DNA from: an uncultured Gemmatimonadales bacterium
GTDB lineage: Bacteria > Gemmatimonadota > Gemmatimonadetes > Longimicrobiales > RSA9
Length of the DNA stretch: 64,000 bases
Assembly: GCA_963783305.1 (NCBI GenBank)
Contig: CAWAMW010000007.1
Span: forward strand, 384,001-448,000
Direction of reading: 5' to 3'
Shown: in pieces, positions 1-9,906 of the stretch
Layout: every line of letters starts with the position of its first letter
Position numbering within the stretch: position 1 is the stretch's first letter
Notes under the pieces: generated by a model
The model's input: only the letters and a program-made list of their open reading frames with translations
Databases searched by the model: none
What the model was told of the DNA's origin: nothing
Translations under genes and position numbers: made by a program

Positions 1-1
1 C

Positions 2-298
2 GCAACGCTGAGGCTGGAGGTCGACTACGAAGGTACGGGCGCTATGGCGGTGGACGATGCCAACGAGTCCTGGGCGCCCGGCTACGACCTCGTGGGGGTG
101 AGGGTGGCCGCCACGGGGATCTCCGTCGGCAGGGGGTCGCTCGCGCCGTACATCGGCGTGGGCAACCTCCTGGACGAGGTGTACGTGGCGTCGGTGGTGC
201 CGAACGCGTTCGGCGGCCGGTTCTTCGAGCCCGGACCTGGTCGCAGCGTATACCTCGGGATGGAACTGGAAATCACCGTGAGGGGGGCCGGACAATGA
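2..298 (+). CDS. TonB-dependent receptor, C-terminal fragment (runs off the left edge)
   Basis: Frame open from base 2; C-terminal 'VGNLLDEVY...FFEPGPGRSVYLGM' is the typical TBDR barrel end (NL.D..Y...P.PGR). Confidence 0.8.
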   Translation, partial: ATLRLEVDYEGTGAMAVDDANESWAPGYDLVGVRVAATGISVGRGSLAPYIGVGNLLDEVYVASVVPNAFGGRFFEPGPGRSVYLGMELEITVRGAGQ

Positions 299-305
299 GC
301 TCATC

Positions 306-797
306 ATGACTTTCTGGCCGGATGCCTGGGGTCCCATTCTCCTCCCCGAGGCGCCCATCGCGGAGCTGCTGGTCCGGGGCACGGCGATCTACGTCTTCCT
401 CTACTTCCTCATGAGGGTCTCCGGACGGCGGCTGTTCTCTCGGCTCGCCATGTCGGATATCCTGGTCATGCTGCTCATCGCGGTGGCCGTGCGGGAAGGG
501 ATGACGGGGGACCACTACGGAGTGGGCGACGCTGCGATCTCTGGGGCGACGATCCTCGGGTGGGACATGCTCGTGGACCGCCTGGCGTACCGATTCGAGT
601 GGCTGCGCGGATCCCTCCGGCACCAGCCCGTGCCGATCATCCGCCATGGTCAGCTCATCGTGGAGAACGCCCGGGACAACCTGCTGACCCGGCCGGAGAT
701 CATGGAGCGGGTTCGGGCGCAGGGCCTGAGCTCCCTCGACCAGGTGGAGGAGGGGTACCTGGAGCAGGATGGCACGTTCACCATCGTCCCGAAATGA
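306..797 (+). CDS. DUF421/YetF-family membrane protein
   Basis: TM segments, 'RVSGRR', 'PVPIIRHGQL', C-terminal 'LEQDGTFTI' (E.DG.S motif). Confidence 0.85.
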   Translation: MTFWPDAWGPILLPEAPIAELLVRGTAIYVFLYFLMRVSGRRLFSRLAMSDILVMLLIAVAVREGMTGDHYGVGDAAISGATILGWDMLVDRLAYRFEWLRGSLRHQPVPIIRHGQLIVENARDNLLTRPEIMERVRAQGLSSLDQVEEGYLEQDGTFTIVPK

Positions 798-809
798 GCC
801 CGCGCGGCC

Positions 810-1682
810 TCAGCGGTCGTTGGAGCTGCTCTTCACGTGACCGAACTTGAGGGTGGCCACGAACACGGCCCCCCCGATGGCGTTCCCCAGCACGGACCAG
901 ATCAGGAACCGGCCGTAGTCGCCCAGGGTGGGCCCCGCGCCGGCAAATACGCCCATCAGGACTTCCAGTGTGCCGGCGATGGAGTGGTGCAGGTGACCGA
1001 AGGCGATGAGGAAGGTCGTGCTCCAGATGAAGAAGATCTGGCTGATGGTATCGCGGGCTGCCGCGGTCAGCCAGGCGAGCAGCCCCATGAGCCAGCCCGC
1101 GGCGATGGCGCTCATGAGGATCAGGCCGGAGGAGGGCTCCAGCAGCGGCCGCGCCATCTCGGCCAGCGCCGCCACCTCGATGATCCCGAGCCCGGTCCCG
1201 AGCACCACCACGAACGCGGAGAAGAGCGCCGCGCCGACGAGGTTGGCGACGAGCACCAGCCCCCACAGGCGCAGGAGCCGGACGGGGTGCACCCGCCGAG
1301 CGAGGATGGGCAGAACGGCGGAGGTGGTGTGCTCGGTGAAGAGCGCGGAGCGCCCCATGACGACGAAGATAAAGCCGATCGTATAGAGGTTGGCCAGGAC
1401 CAGTTCCTTCACCGGCTCGGACGCGACACCCGCCATCAGGGTCAGGGCGATGGCGATGGCGAGCGGCCCGAATCCGAGGTCCAACCCCGCCGTCAGCCCG
1501 GAGAGGAGAAGCGCTGAGGCCGGCCTGTCCAGCTCCTCCTCCGCCTGGAGCATCTCCTGCTCCAGCGTCGTGTGGTAGCTCTTCTGCGCCTCTTCCAGGG
1601 GATGGTCGCGGAGCAGGCCACGGTGCCGGTCATCCGAAGGCGGGATGTTGTCCCGCGTCTCACGTCGCGCTTCTGAGTCCAT
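810..1682 (-). CDS. Formate/nitrite transporter family protein (YfdC-like)
   Basis: 'EEELDRP...SGLTAGL', 'LFTEHT', 'HHSIAG', 'GNAIGG' motifs; about 6 TM helices; start placed at ATG 1682. Confidence 0.85.
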   Translation of the reverse strand: MDSEARRETRDNIPPSDDRHRGLLRDHPLEEAQKSYHTTLEQEMLQAEEELDRPASALLLSGLTAGLDLGFGPLAIAIALTLMAGVASEPVKELVLANLYTIGFIFVVMGRSALFTEHTTSAVLPILARRVHPVRLLRLWGLVLVANLVGAALFSAFVVVLGTGLGIIEVAALAEMARPLLEPSSGLILMSAIAAGWLMGLLAWLTAAARDTISQIFFIWSTTFLIAFGHLHHSIAGTLEVLMGVFAGAGPTLGDYGRFLIWSVLGNAIGGAVFVATLKFGHVKSSSNDR

Positions 1683-1721
1683 CAGATCCACCCTGGGCGG
1701 TCGAGGTGCGATCGTGGCCGG

Positions 1722-1737
1722 GCACACGGCGTGCCAA
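1722..1737 (-). promoter_or_regulatory. Putative sigma54 (-24/-12) promoter for the FNT gene
   Basis: Minus strand TTGGCACGCCGTGTGC gives GG-N10-GC, about 40 bp upstream of the ATG; -12 is GTGC rather than TTGC. Confidence 0.4.
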
Positions 1738-1751
1738 TGGCCGCGGGCCCC

Positions 1752-3011
1752 TCAGCGGAAGCGCGGGAACACCCCCGTCACGAGCCGCGCCCGGACTTCG
1801 TTCATGAAGGCCAGGGCGTCCAACGATCGGTCGGGTCCCGGGGCGCCATCGGTGTTGATCACGCCGATGGCGCCCGCGCCGCTCTCCGGGTCCACGTAGA
1901 AGAACGAGAGGTGGTTCCACTGTTGGCCGGCGTGTCCCACCAGGCGGCCGCCATCGTGCCGCGTGAGGAAGAAGGTGAGCCCGATCTCCTCGTGGGGCTC
2001 GCCCCACGCCGCGTCCTCGCCGACCGGCGCGACCGGCGTCCACATCTCCTCGAGCGACGCGCGCGCCAGGACCGGCGCATCCAGGGTACCACCGAGGAAG
2101 GCCAGGTAGCGAGCCAGGTCGTCGAGGGGCGCATTGAGGCCACTGTTCGACACGGTGATGCCGGGATCGAAGTCGGGCCCGAGCGCCACTGGTCGGCCGT
2201 CCTCGATGCGGTAGGCGTTGGAACGGTACGGCGCCAGGTGGGGAGGCGTGAGCCGGAAGTAGCTGTGGCGCATGTCCAGCGGGCGCAGGATCCGCTTTTC
2301 CACGTACGCCTCCCACGGCTCCCCGGAGACGATCTCGACAATGTGGGCGAGGAAGACGATGCCGGGGTTCGAGTACGCGAAGCGCGACCCCGGTTCGAAG
2401 AGCAGCGCCGTCCAGGGCATCATGGCGGCGATCTGGTCCCAGCGGGTGGGCTCGAACGGGTGCCAGGGCTGGTCACCGCCCCAGGGCCAGGTGGAGGATC
2501 GGAACCCGGCGGTGTGGCTGAGGAGTCGTCGGATCGTGACCTCCTCGATGGGCCCGAAGGGAGCGTGCACCTCGCGCAGCTCCGGGAGCCAGCGCACGGC
2601 GGGGTCGTCGAGTGAGAGCAGGCCGCGGTCCCTGAGCTGGAGGATGGCAATGCCCGTGAGCGTCTTCGTGTTGGAGGCCCAGTGGAAGATCGTCCGGTCC
2701 GTAACGGGAGCCTCGGCGGCGAGGTCGGCGTGGCCGTGAAGCTCGCGGGCGAGGACCTGTCCATCGCGGACGAGCCAGAGGCTGCCCCCCACAACGCCCC
2801 GTGCCGCCGCCGCCGTGTGGAAGAAATCGGCCACGTCTGCCCAGGCCGCACCGGCGTCTTCGGGGAGGCCGCGCGGGTCCTGCGCGTGAAGGTCGCCGGT
2901 CATTCCCGCAACGGTGCTCACGAGGCCGAGAACGAGGGCGGGCCCGCGGAGGACGGCGGGGCCCGGCCGGGAATGGAGAGTGGGGCTGTTTCCGTCATCG
3001 GTCTGTTCCAT
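1752..3011 (-). CDS. Serine hydrolase, beta-lactamase class C/AmpC-like
   Basis: SxxK (ASNTK), LLSHTAG, YxN (YSN) and GHAG motifs; signal-like hydrophobic stretch; start placed at ATG 3011 because the upstream ORF is the shadow of the ABC-F gene. Confidence 0.85.
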   Translation of the reverse strand: MEQTDDGNSPTLHSRPGPAVLRGPALVLGLVSTVAGMTGDLHAQDPRGLPEDAGAAWADVADFFHTAAAARGVVGGSLWLVRDGQVLARELHGHADLAAEAPVTDRTIFHWASNTKTLTGIAILQLRDRGLLSLDDPAVRWLPELREVHAPFGPIEEVTIRRLLSHTAGFRSSTWPWGGDQPWHPFEPTRWDQIAAMMPWTALLFEPGSRFAYSNPGIVFLAHIVEIVSGEPWEAYVEKRILRPLDMRHSYFRLTPPHLAPYRSNAYRIEDGRPVALGPDFDPGITVSNSGLNAPLDDLARYLAFLGGTLDAPVLARASLEEMWTPVAPVGEDAAWGEPHEEIGLTFFLTRHDGGRLVGHAGQQWNHLSFFYVDPESGAGAIGVINTDGAPGPDRSLDALAFMNEVRARLVTGVFPRFR

Positions 3012-3137
3012 GGTCGGTGCGTCAGGAGGTGTGCGCGGCCGGAGCAACGAGCCGTTCGGGAACCATGGGGCGCGGCGGCCACGCGCGCCAGCCGGCGCGG
3101 GTCCGACCGGCTCGACAATCGTGTTACCTTTTCGCCC

Positions 3138-5096
3138 ATGCCAGCCCTGACCGTCGACCGTCTCCGCAAGAGCTACGGCACCCGCGTGGTGTTCGATGGC
3201 GTCTCGTTCTCCATCGAGGAGGGCGAGAAGGTGGGGTTCATCGGCGTGAACGGCTCCGGCAAATCGACCCTGTTCCGGATCGTCGCGGGGGCGGAGGGCT
3301 CGGAAGACGGGTCGCTGGCGTTCCGTCGCGGATTGAGCGTGGGCTATCTCCCGCAGGAGCCGGCGTTCGAGGCCGGCGAAACGATCCTGAAGGCGGTAGC
3401 GGGAGGGCGTCCGGAGCTGCTTGGGGCCATTGGCGACTACCACGACGTAACGCTGGCGCTGGACGCCGGCTGCGCCACGGCCGGGGAGCTGGAGCGGCTG
3501 GTGGCATGGCAGGCGAAGGCGATGGAGCGGATCGAGGCGCTGGGCGGCTGGGACTACGAGCATCGACTTGAGTCGGTGCTGACGCGCCTGGACGTGGACG
3601 GGTGGGAGCGGTCCGTGGACGACCTGTCGGGCGGCGAGCGGAAGCGGGTAGCGCTGGCGCGCGTGCTCGTGCAGCAGCCCGGCCTCCTGCTGCTGGACGA
3701 GCCGACCAACCATCTCGATGCCGACACGACCGAATGGCTCGAGGACGCGCTCCTGGACTACCCGGGCGCGGTCATGCTCATCACCCACGACCGCTATTTC
3801 CTCGACCACGTCGTGACGCGGATGATCGAGGTGAGTCGGGCGGAGCTGGCGCCGTTCCCGGGCGGGTTCACGGAGTACCTGGAGGCGAAGGCGGAGCGCG
3901 AGGAGCGGCTGGCGGTGGCCGAGGAGAAACGGTCGAAGCTGATCGCGCAGGAGCTGGCGTGGGTGAAGCGGGCGCCGAAGGCCCGCACGGGGAAGCAGAA
4001 GGCGCGCATCCAGCGTCTCGAGAAGACTCGGGAGAAGCAGGAGGCGGAGCGTACGCCCGACCGGGATACGGTGGACCTCAAGTTCGGGCGGCCGCCGCGG
4101 CTCGGTCGGACCGTTCTGGACCTGGAGCACCTCGGGAAGTCATACGGCGACCAGACGCTGATCCGCGACTTCTCCACGCAGCTGCGTGGCGGGGAGCGGA
4201 TCGGCATTGTGGGCCCCAACGGTGCGGGCAAGACGACGCTCCTCCGCATGATCCTGGGTGAAGAATCGCCCGACGCTGGCACGGTGAAGCCGGGCGTGAA
4301 CACGGTCATGGCGTACTACGACCAGGCCCGCGCCGACCTCGATCCCGACGCTGACCTGCTGGAGACCGTGGCCGGCCACCAGGACTGGGTGGAGGTGGCG
4401 GGGCGGCAGGTCCACGTCCGCAGCTATCTGAACAGCTATCTCTTCCCGAACGAGATCCACGAGCAGAAGGTCCGGAGCCTCTCCGGGGGCGAGAAGAACC
4501 GGCTGCTGCTGGCCCGCCTCCTCCTCGAGGACGCCAATCTGCTCATCCTGGATGAGCCCACCAACGACCTCGACCTCTTCACGCTCCAGGTGCTCGAGGC
4601 CGCGCTGGTCGACTTCCCGGGCTGCGTGCTCGTGGTCACCCACGACCGCTACTTCCTGGACAAGGTCGCCACCGCGCTGTTCGTCTTCGAGGGTGACGGC
4701 CGGGTCCATCGCCACGAGGGTGGCTACGCCAGCTACCGCCGCCGGAAGGACGCGGCGGCGCGGGAGGCGGAGGCGCACAAGGCCGACGAGGCCGCGCGCG
4801 CCGCCGCTGCGCGCGCGGCCACAGCGCAGCAGGAGCGCGCACGGAAGGCGTCCGCCGATACGGATCGGCCCCGGCGGCTCACGTACCGGGAACAGCAGGA
4901 GCTGGCTGGAATGGAAACGGCCATCACCACCGCCGAAGCGGAGCGGGAGCGGCTCGAGAAGGCGCTCGCGGACCCCGCGCTGTACAGCGGGCCGCCCGAG
5001 GCGGTGGCCACCCTCAGTGCCGCGTTCGAGGTGGCGGGTCAGCGCGTGGAGCAGCTCTACGCTCGCTGGGCAGAGCTGGACCGTTCGGAGGGCTGA
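3138..5096 (+). CDS. ABC-F family ATPase (Uup-like)
   Basis: Two ABC domains (GVNGSGKS/LSGGE/LLLDEPTNHLD and GPNGAGKT/LSGGE/LILDEPTNDLD), no TM segments, C-terminal coiled coil ending 'LYARWAEL'. Confidence 0.93.
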   Translation: MPALTVDRLRKSYGTRVVFDGVSFSIEEGEKVGFIGVNGSGKSTLFRIVAGAEGSEDGSLAFRRGLSVGYLPQEPAFEAGETILKAVAGGRPELLGAIGDYHDVTLALDAGCATAGELERLVAWQAKAMERIEALGGWDYEHRLESVLTRLDVDGWERSVDDLSGGERKRVALARVLVQQPGLLLLDEPTNHLDADTTEWLEDALLDYPGAVMLITHDRYFLDHVVTRMIEVSRAELAPFPGGFTEYLEAKAEREERLAVAEEKRSKLIAQELAWVKRAPKARTGKQKARIQRLEKTREKQEAERTPDRDTVDLKFGRPPRLGRTVLDLEHLGKSYGDQTLIRDFSTQLRGGERIGIVGPNGAGKTTLLRMILGEESPDAGTVKPGVNTVMAYYDQARADLDPDADLLETVAGHQDWVEVAGRQVHVRSYLNSYLFPNEIHEQKVRSLSGGEKNRLLLARLLLEDANLLILDEPTNDLDLFTLQVLEAALVDFPGCVLVVTHDRYFLDKVATALFVFEGDGRVHRHEGGYASYRRRKDAAAREAEAHKADEAARAAAARAATAQQERARKASADTDRPRRLTYREQQELAGMETAITTAEAERERLEKALADPALYSGPPEAVATLSAAFEVAGQRVEQLYARWAELDRSEG

Positions 5097-5210
5097 GATC
5101 CAGCCTGGTGCCTGGCTCCCAGTTCTCGGCAGACGACAGAGGTATGCTCCGTGCATCGGCCCATCCACGCCCTCGCCATTCCACTCCAGCAGCGCAATAT
5201 GAGAGGATCC

Positions 5211-6470
5211 ATGTCCCTGTTCCAGCCCTTCCAGGCCATGGCCGTTCTGCTGTCATGCACGGCCTGCAACGCCGCGGCCAACGAGCAGCCTTCCGGGATC
5301 GCGAACGACACGCTGAACGGTCCGACGCAGGAATGCACCCCGCTTCAGACGGTGGAGCCGAACGCCCCCCAACAGAGTCCGGCGTTCGAGGGACAGACGC
5401 GGGCGTGTGAGGCGGAGTCGGGGGTGGCCTTCGAGGTGCAGGTGATCACGGATCGGCTCGTCCACCCGTGGGCGGTCGAGGCGCTGCCGGACGGTGACCT
5501 CCTGGTGACGGAGCGCCCCGGCCGCATGCGTGTGGTGACCCCCAGCGGGCAGGTGAGCGAGCCGATCGCGGGGCTGCCGGCTGTGGACGCAGAAGGGCAG
5601 GGCGGACTGCTAGACGTGGCACTGAGCCCCGATTTCAACTCCGACCGCACGGTCTTCTGGAGCTATGCGGAGCCCCGGGAAGGCGGCAACGGCACGGCGG
5701 TGGCCCGTGGCGTCCTTTCGGCGGACAGGAGCCGGATGGACGAGGTCCGTGTGATCTTCCGGGCCATGCCCACGTACGATGGCGCGGCCCATTTCGGATC
5801 GCGGCTCGCGTTCGGACCCGAGGGTCGACTCTACATCACCACCGGCGAGCGCTCCGACCGCGCCATGCGTGAGCACGCGCAACGGCTGGACGGTCACATG
5901 GGCAAGGTCATGCGCATCGACCCCAATGGCTCGATTCCCGAGGACAACCCGTTCGTGGGCAGAGAAGGTGCGGAGCCGGAGATCTTCGCTCTGGGGTTCC
6001 GGAACGTGGAGGCGGCCGCGTTCGACTCCGAGGGCCGACTCTGGACCATTGAGCACGGACCCCGGGGCGGTGATGAGCTCAACCTCGTGGAGGCGGGCGA
6101 GAACTACGGCTGGCCCATCCAGTCGTACGGGATCGAGTATTCCGGTCAGCCCATCGCGGGCGCGTCCACAAACCCCGATGGGTACCGTCAACCGGTTTAC
6201 TACTGGGACCCGGTGATCGCGCCGTCCGGCGCGCAGTGGTACACGGGCGACCTGTTCCCGGAGTGGCGCGGCAGTCTGTTCGTGGGCGCGCTGAAGGAGC
6301 AGCGGCTGGTGCGGCTGGAGGTCGAGGGCGGGCGAGTGACGGGCGAAGAGCACCTGCTCACGGATCTGGGGCAGCGGATCCGTGATGTGAGGCAGGGCCC
6401 GGCCGGCGCCCTCTACCTGGTAACAGACGAAGACCGGGGCAAGCTGTTGAAGCTCATCCCGCATGGGTAG
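5211..6470 (+). CDS. PQQ-dependent sugar dehydrogenase (GdhB/YliI family)
   Basis: 'L.HPW...LPDG.LLVTERPGR', 'GQGGLLDV', 'HFGSRL', 'EHGPRGGDELN', 'NYGWP', 'RIRDV' motifs; RBS GAGAGGA before ATG 5211. Confidence 0.9.
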   Translation: MSLFQPFQAMAVLLSCTACNAAANEQPSGIANDTLNGPTQECTPLQTVEPNAPQQSPAFEGQTRACEAESGVAFEVQVITDRLVHPWAVEALPDGDLLVTERPGRMRVVTPSGQVSEPIAGLPAVDAEGQGGLLDVALSPDFNSDRTVFWSYAEPREGGNGTAVARGVLSADRSRMDEVRVIFRAMPTYDGAAHFGSRLAFGPEGRLYITTGERSDRAMREHAQRLDGHMGKVMRIDPNGSIPEDNPFVGREGAEPEIFALGFRNVEAAAFDSEGRLWTIEHGPRGGDELNLVEAGENYGWPIQSYGIEYSGQPIAGASTNPDGYRQPVYYWDPVIAPSGAQWYTGDLFPEWRGSLFVGALKEQRLVRLEVEGGRVTGEEHLLTDLGQRIRDVRQGPAGALYLVTDEDRGKLLKLIPHG

Positions 6471-6509
6471 CGGGACGAGCTTCGAAAGCCCGGCGACCGG
6501 CCCCGAGCG

Positions 6510-6887
6510 TTAGGGGGCCGTTACCCTGCGATCCTCTTCCTGCTCGAGTGCGCGGGTGCGGGCGATGGCTTCCTCGAGATCATCCGTGACGGCCACAATG
6601 CGGGCGATGGCGACATCCGGCTCCGCCGGCAGACTGTCGATCTCCCAGATCGCCTCCATCAGCGCGTGCCCGAGCTCCTCGTGCATGGCCAGTAGCTTGC
6701 CACAGGGGCTGGATCGGGCCAGCGCGAGCCGACGCGCCGCTGGCGTATGGGCCGTGCGAACCTCGAGTCCCGCCGTGGTGCAGCCGGGGCAGCAGCCGCC
6801 GCACTCGGGGCACTGAATCAGTCGAGCATCGACCGTGGCGCCGCACGTTCTACACGTGGTGACGGGGCGTGATCGTGTATCCTCCAT
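6510..6887 (-). CDS. Hypothetical protein with N-terminal zinc-ribbon-like Cys cluster
   Basis: GGGAGGGAG RBS; CRTC-x9-CPEC-GG-CCPGC followed by a helical C-terminus. Confidence 0.55.
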   Translation of the reverse strand: MEDTRSRPVTTCRTCGATVDARLIQCPECGGCCPGCTTAGLEVRTAHTPAARRLALARSSPCGKLLAMHEELGHALMEAIWEIDSLPAEPDVAIARIVAVTDDLEEAIARTRALEQEEDRRVTAP

Positions 6888-7099
6888 TGTACTCCCTCCC
6901 GTTTCCAATTCACTTCGCCGATAGAACGGTATCGGTTTCCACACCGCGCCGCAGTGGGGAAACAGACTATTTCGGCGGAGACGGGGTGTAGGGCTTTACC
7001 GGCCCGGTGTAGGGGATCGCACCCGCGGAGTGGAGTCTGGTGTCGGAGCCGGGTGACGCGCCGTGGGGTCCGGGGGCGCGGCCTTCCGGAGGCGCGACG

Positions 7100-8170
7100 T
7101 CAGGAATGGCCCGGAGTGGCCTCCATCTCTGCGCGAATCCGGGGTAGCCCGCCTGGATGGTGCTCCTGGACGTATTCGATCAGGCGCTCGCGCACCTCGC
7201 AGCGCAGGTCCCACGCCGCGCTCGCGTCGGCGGCGCTCATGAGGGCCCGGAGCTGGAGCGCGCGGTCTGTGGCATCGGTGACCACCAGTCCCCACGCCCG
7301 GCCGTCCCACTTCTCGCTGGCCTGAAGAAGCCGGTGGAGCTCCTGGCGCACCGCCTCCACGGGGACCGTGTAGTCCACGTAAAGGTACACCGTCCCGAGA
7401 ATCTCCGCGTCCGTCCGGGTCCAGTTCTGGAAGGGGTGCTCGATGAAGTGGTTGAGCGGAACGATCAGTCGGCGCTGATCCCAGATCTTGACGACCACGT
7501 ACGTGGCCGTGATCTCCTCGATCCGACCCCACTCGCCCTCTACGATCACCACGTCATCGATCCGGATCGGCTGAGCAATGGCGATCTGCACGCCCGCGAT
7601 CAGGTTCTGGAGGACCGGGCGGGCGGCGAAGCCGACCACGATCCCCGCCAGTCCCGCTGAGGCCAGCACGCTGGCACCCAGCTCACGCACCTGCGGGAAC
7701 GTCATGAGCATGACGCCGATGGTGACGATGACGATGAGGACCGCGAGCGTGCGACGGAGGACCCGCGCCTGCGTGTGGACCCGCCGCGCCTCGAGGTTGT
7801 CGCTCACATCGAGACGGTAGCGGAGCCCAAGGACGTCGTCGATGATGCGGCTCATGGAGATGATCAGCCAGGCCACTCCGGCGATGAGACCGAGCGCCAG
7901 CGCGTGCCTCAGGGCGAGGAACACGGTGGGGTGCAGGTAGGGGGTGACCACCGGGAACACCAGATGGATGGTGATCAGCGGGAGGATGAGGGCGGCCGGC
8001 CGCCTGGAGTAGGCCACGAACCAGTCGCCGATCTCGCCCTCGCCGCGCAGCGCGAGCCGTCGGCCCAGGGTGTAGAGGACCGCGTGCAGCAGCGCGCCCA
8101 CGGCGGCGGCCACGGCGATGATGAGCAGGGCGGTCAGGGTATGCCGGAGAACCAGCGCGTCTGCGGTCAT
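7100..8170 (-). CDS. Small-conductance mechanosensitive channel (MscS family)
   Basis: 'SVLASAGLAGIVVGFAA...NLIAG.Q...QPIRIDDVVIVEGEWGRIEEI', 'WDQRRLIVP'. Confidence 0.92.
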   Translation of the reverse strand: MTADALVLRHTLTALLIIAVAAAVGALLHAVLYTLGRRLALRGEGEIGDWFVAYSRRPAALILPLITIHLVFPVVTPYLHPTVFLALRHALALGLIAGVAWLIISMSRIIDDVLGLRYRLDVSDNLEARRVHTQARVLRRTLAVLIVIVTIGVMLMTFPQVRELGASVLASAGLAGIVVGFAARPVLQNLIAGVQIAIAQPIRIDDVVIVEGEWGRIEEITATYVVVKIWDQRRLIVPLNHFIEHPFQNWTRTDAEILGTVYLYVDYTVPVEAVRQELHRLLQASEKWDGRAWGLVVTDATDRALQLRALMSAADASAAWDLRCEVRERLIEYVQEHHPGGLPRIRAEMEATPGHS

Positions 8171-8448
8171 GGCTCGGGGGGTGGCTCAGGTGTGCGTGCG
8201 AATCGGCGGTAGACGCGGCTGGCCAGCGGCGTGAGAGCGATGGTGGCCGCGATGCGCAGGGGCTGCGTCAGCTTCGTCGCCAGATATGCTGCTGTGAACG
8301 TCCCGACGTTCCCCGCCACGCTGTCGGGGTGCCATCCGAAGTGGATGGCGGCCCAGGCTCCGAAGAGGACGGCGAAGAAGATGGTGAGGTAGACCACGAG
8401 AGCGACCGGCCCGTACTCCGTCAGGAGGCGCTGCAGGGTCTGCTTCAC
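8167..8448 (-). CDS. Small membrane protein, DUF1279/FAM210-like
   Basis: GTG start overlaps the upstream stop (GTGA); 'EYGPVALVVY.TI' and 'AAY.ATK...P.RI..T...TP'. Confidence 0.6.
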   Translation of the reverse strand: MKQTLQRLLTEYGPVALVVYLTIFFAVLFGAWAAIHFGWHPDSVAGNVGTFTAAYLATKLTQPLRIAATIALTPLASRVYRRFARTPEPPPEP

Positions 8449-9584
8449 AGGGCACCGAAGCGTGAGGGTGCGAACGACGCGAGGTCCCCGGGCGACAGGC
8501 CGTGGCGAGCGGCAGTGGGATCTCCGTCGAGGATCGCGCCGGAGATGATCTCCCCGATGAGGGGTCCGAGAAGGATGCCACTCCGGCCCGCACCGGTGGC
8601 GTGGAAGAGTCCCGCTATCTGCGGGTCCGGTCCAAGGATCGGCACGCCGTCGATGCTGATGGGTCGAAGGTCGGCCCACTGCTCGAGCGCGTTGCTCTCC
8701 ATCACCGCGGGTACCAGGCGGGCGCAGGCCGCGCGGATGTCGTTCGCGCCACTCTCGGTGATGGAGCGGTCGAAGCCCGCATCCTCCATGGTGCTCCCGG
8801 CGAGGACGGTGTGGTCGGAGCGCGGGACGAGGTAGCGGCCTCCGTGGTTGGCTGCGATCCGCCGGAGCGGGAGGGGTCCGGGGGACATGCGGAGCATCTG
8901 GCCGCGGATGGGTCGGACCGGCGCAGCGGCGAGCCCGGCGCTCCATGCGCCGGCGGCCACGACCACCCGGTCGGCACTCACGCGGCGCCCGTCCTCGAGC
9001 ACTACGCCCTCCGCGGCCCCGCCGCGCAGAGCGATCTCACGGACGGGGGTGCCCGTGAGCAGCCGGATGTCGGTGCGGCGGAGCGCGGCGTCGAAGAGGT
9101 CCACCAGCCGCTGCGCGTCGACCTGCCCCTCGTCCGGCAGCCACAGCCACGACCGCGCCTCGGGGCCCAGGCCTTCCTGCAGCTCACCGGCCTCCGCGGG
9201 AGACAGGATCTCGGCGGACTGGCCCGCCGCGCGCTGCCAGTCGACAGAGGTGCGCGCGTCGCGCTCCTCCGCCTCATCGAAATTCGCGACGAGCATGCCG
9301 CTGACCTCCAGCGGGAGCTCGGCGCCCGCCATCTCCCCGAGCCGCCGGGCGAACGTCGGCCAGGCCGCGCGGCTCACAATGCCGGCGCGGTACAGCGGAC
9401 CGGGGCCGGGCGACTCGTACTGCGGAGCGATCATGCCGGCGGACGCGCCAGTGGCCGCGTTCGCCGGGCGACCGGAATCGACGAGGTTGACGGCCACACC
9501 CCGTGACGCCAGCGCCAGCGCTGTCGAAACGCCCGCCATCCCGGCGCCCACCACCACCACCTCCAGCATCGATCCTGCTGCCAT
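8445..9584 (-). CDS. FAD-dependent oxidoreductase, glycine oxidase (ThiO/DAO)-like
   Basis: VVVVGAGMAG Rossmann motif, 'ASAGMIAP', 'AAGAWS', 'RGQM', 'YLVPR', 'LRP...DG.PILG'; AGGAGG RBS. Confidence 0.88.
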   Translation of the reverse strand: MAAGSMLEVVVVGAGMAGVSTALALASRGVAVNLVDSGRPANAATGASAGMIAPQYESPGPGPLYRAGIVSRAAWPTFARRLGEMAGAELPLEVSGMLVANFDEAEERDARTSVDWQRAAGQSAEILSPAEAGELQEGLGPEARSWLWLPDEGQVDAQRLVDLFDAALRRTDIRLLTGTPVREIALRGGAAEGVVLEDGRRVSADRVVVAAGAWSAGLAAAPVRPIRGQMLRMSPGPLPLRRIAANHGGRYLVPRSDHTVLAGSTMEDAGFDRSITESGANDIRAACARLVPAVMESNALEQWADLRPISIDGVPILGPDPQIAGLFHATGAGRSGILLGPLIGEIISGAILDGDPTAARHGLSPGDLASFAPSRFGAL

Positions 9585-9906
9585 CCCGTTCCGCCTCCTG
9601 AGCACGTATCCCGCCGCAGTCGCGTATGCGGCCGCGCGACCCTCAACCTGTCCAGAGTCGGCCGGCCGCGCGAGGGGCGACCGCTGGCCCTGACCCCGCT
9701 CGAGCAGGAGATCGGGGAGAGGCCGGCGGGGCCGCCCACGGACCGGGGCGAGCGCGCGAGCGAGGACGAGCAGGGCTTGCGCGGGAGGGACCGCATCGCT
9801 AGACCAAGCGGAGCGGTGTCGTGGGCGGTTCCCGGAAGGGGCACGTCCGGAGCGGCGCCGGACGCGGCGGCCGCCGCCCCATCGTCACAGCCATACGAGG
9901 ATCGAC

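Noticed and set aside
3012..4130. Apparent 373-aa N-terminal extension of the serine hydrolase
   Set aside because: It overlaps the ABC-F gene on the opposite strand; the signal-like segment begins after ATG 3011.
9606..9906. Possible TPP or glycine riboswitch upstream of the ThiO-like oxidase
   Set aside because: No complete aptamer consensus was found on either strand and no other thiamine genes are nearby, so the thiO symbol was also withheld.
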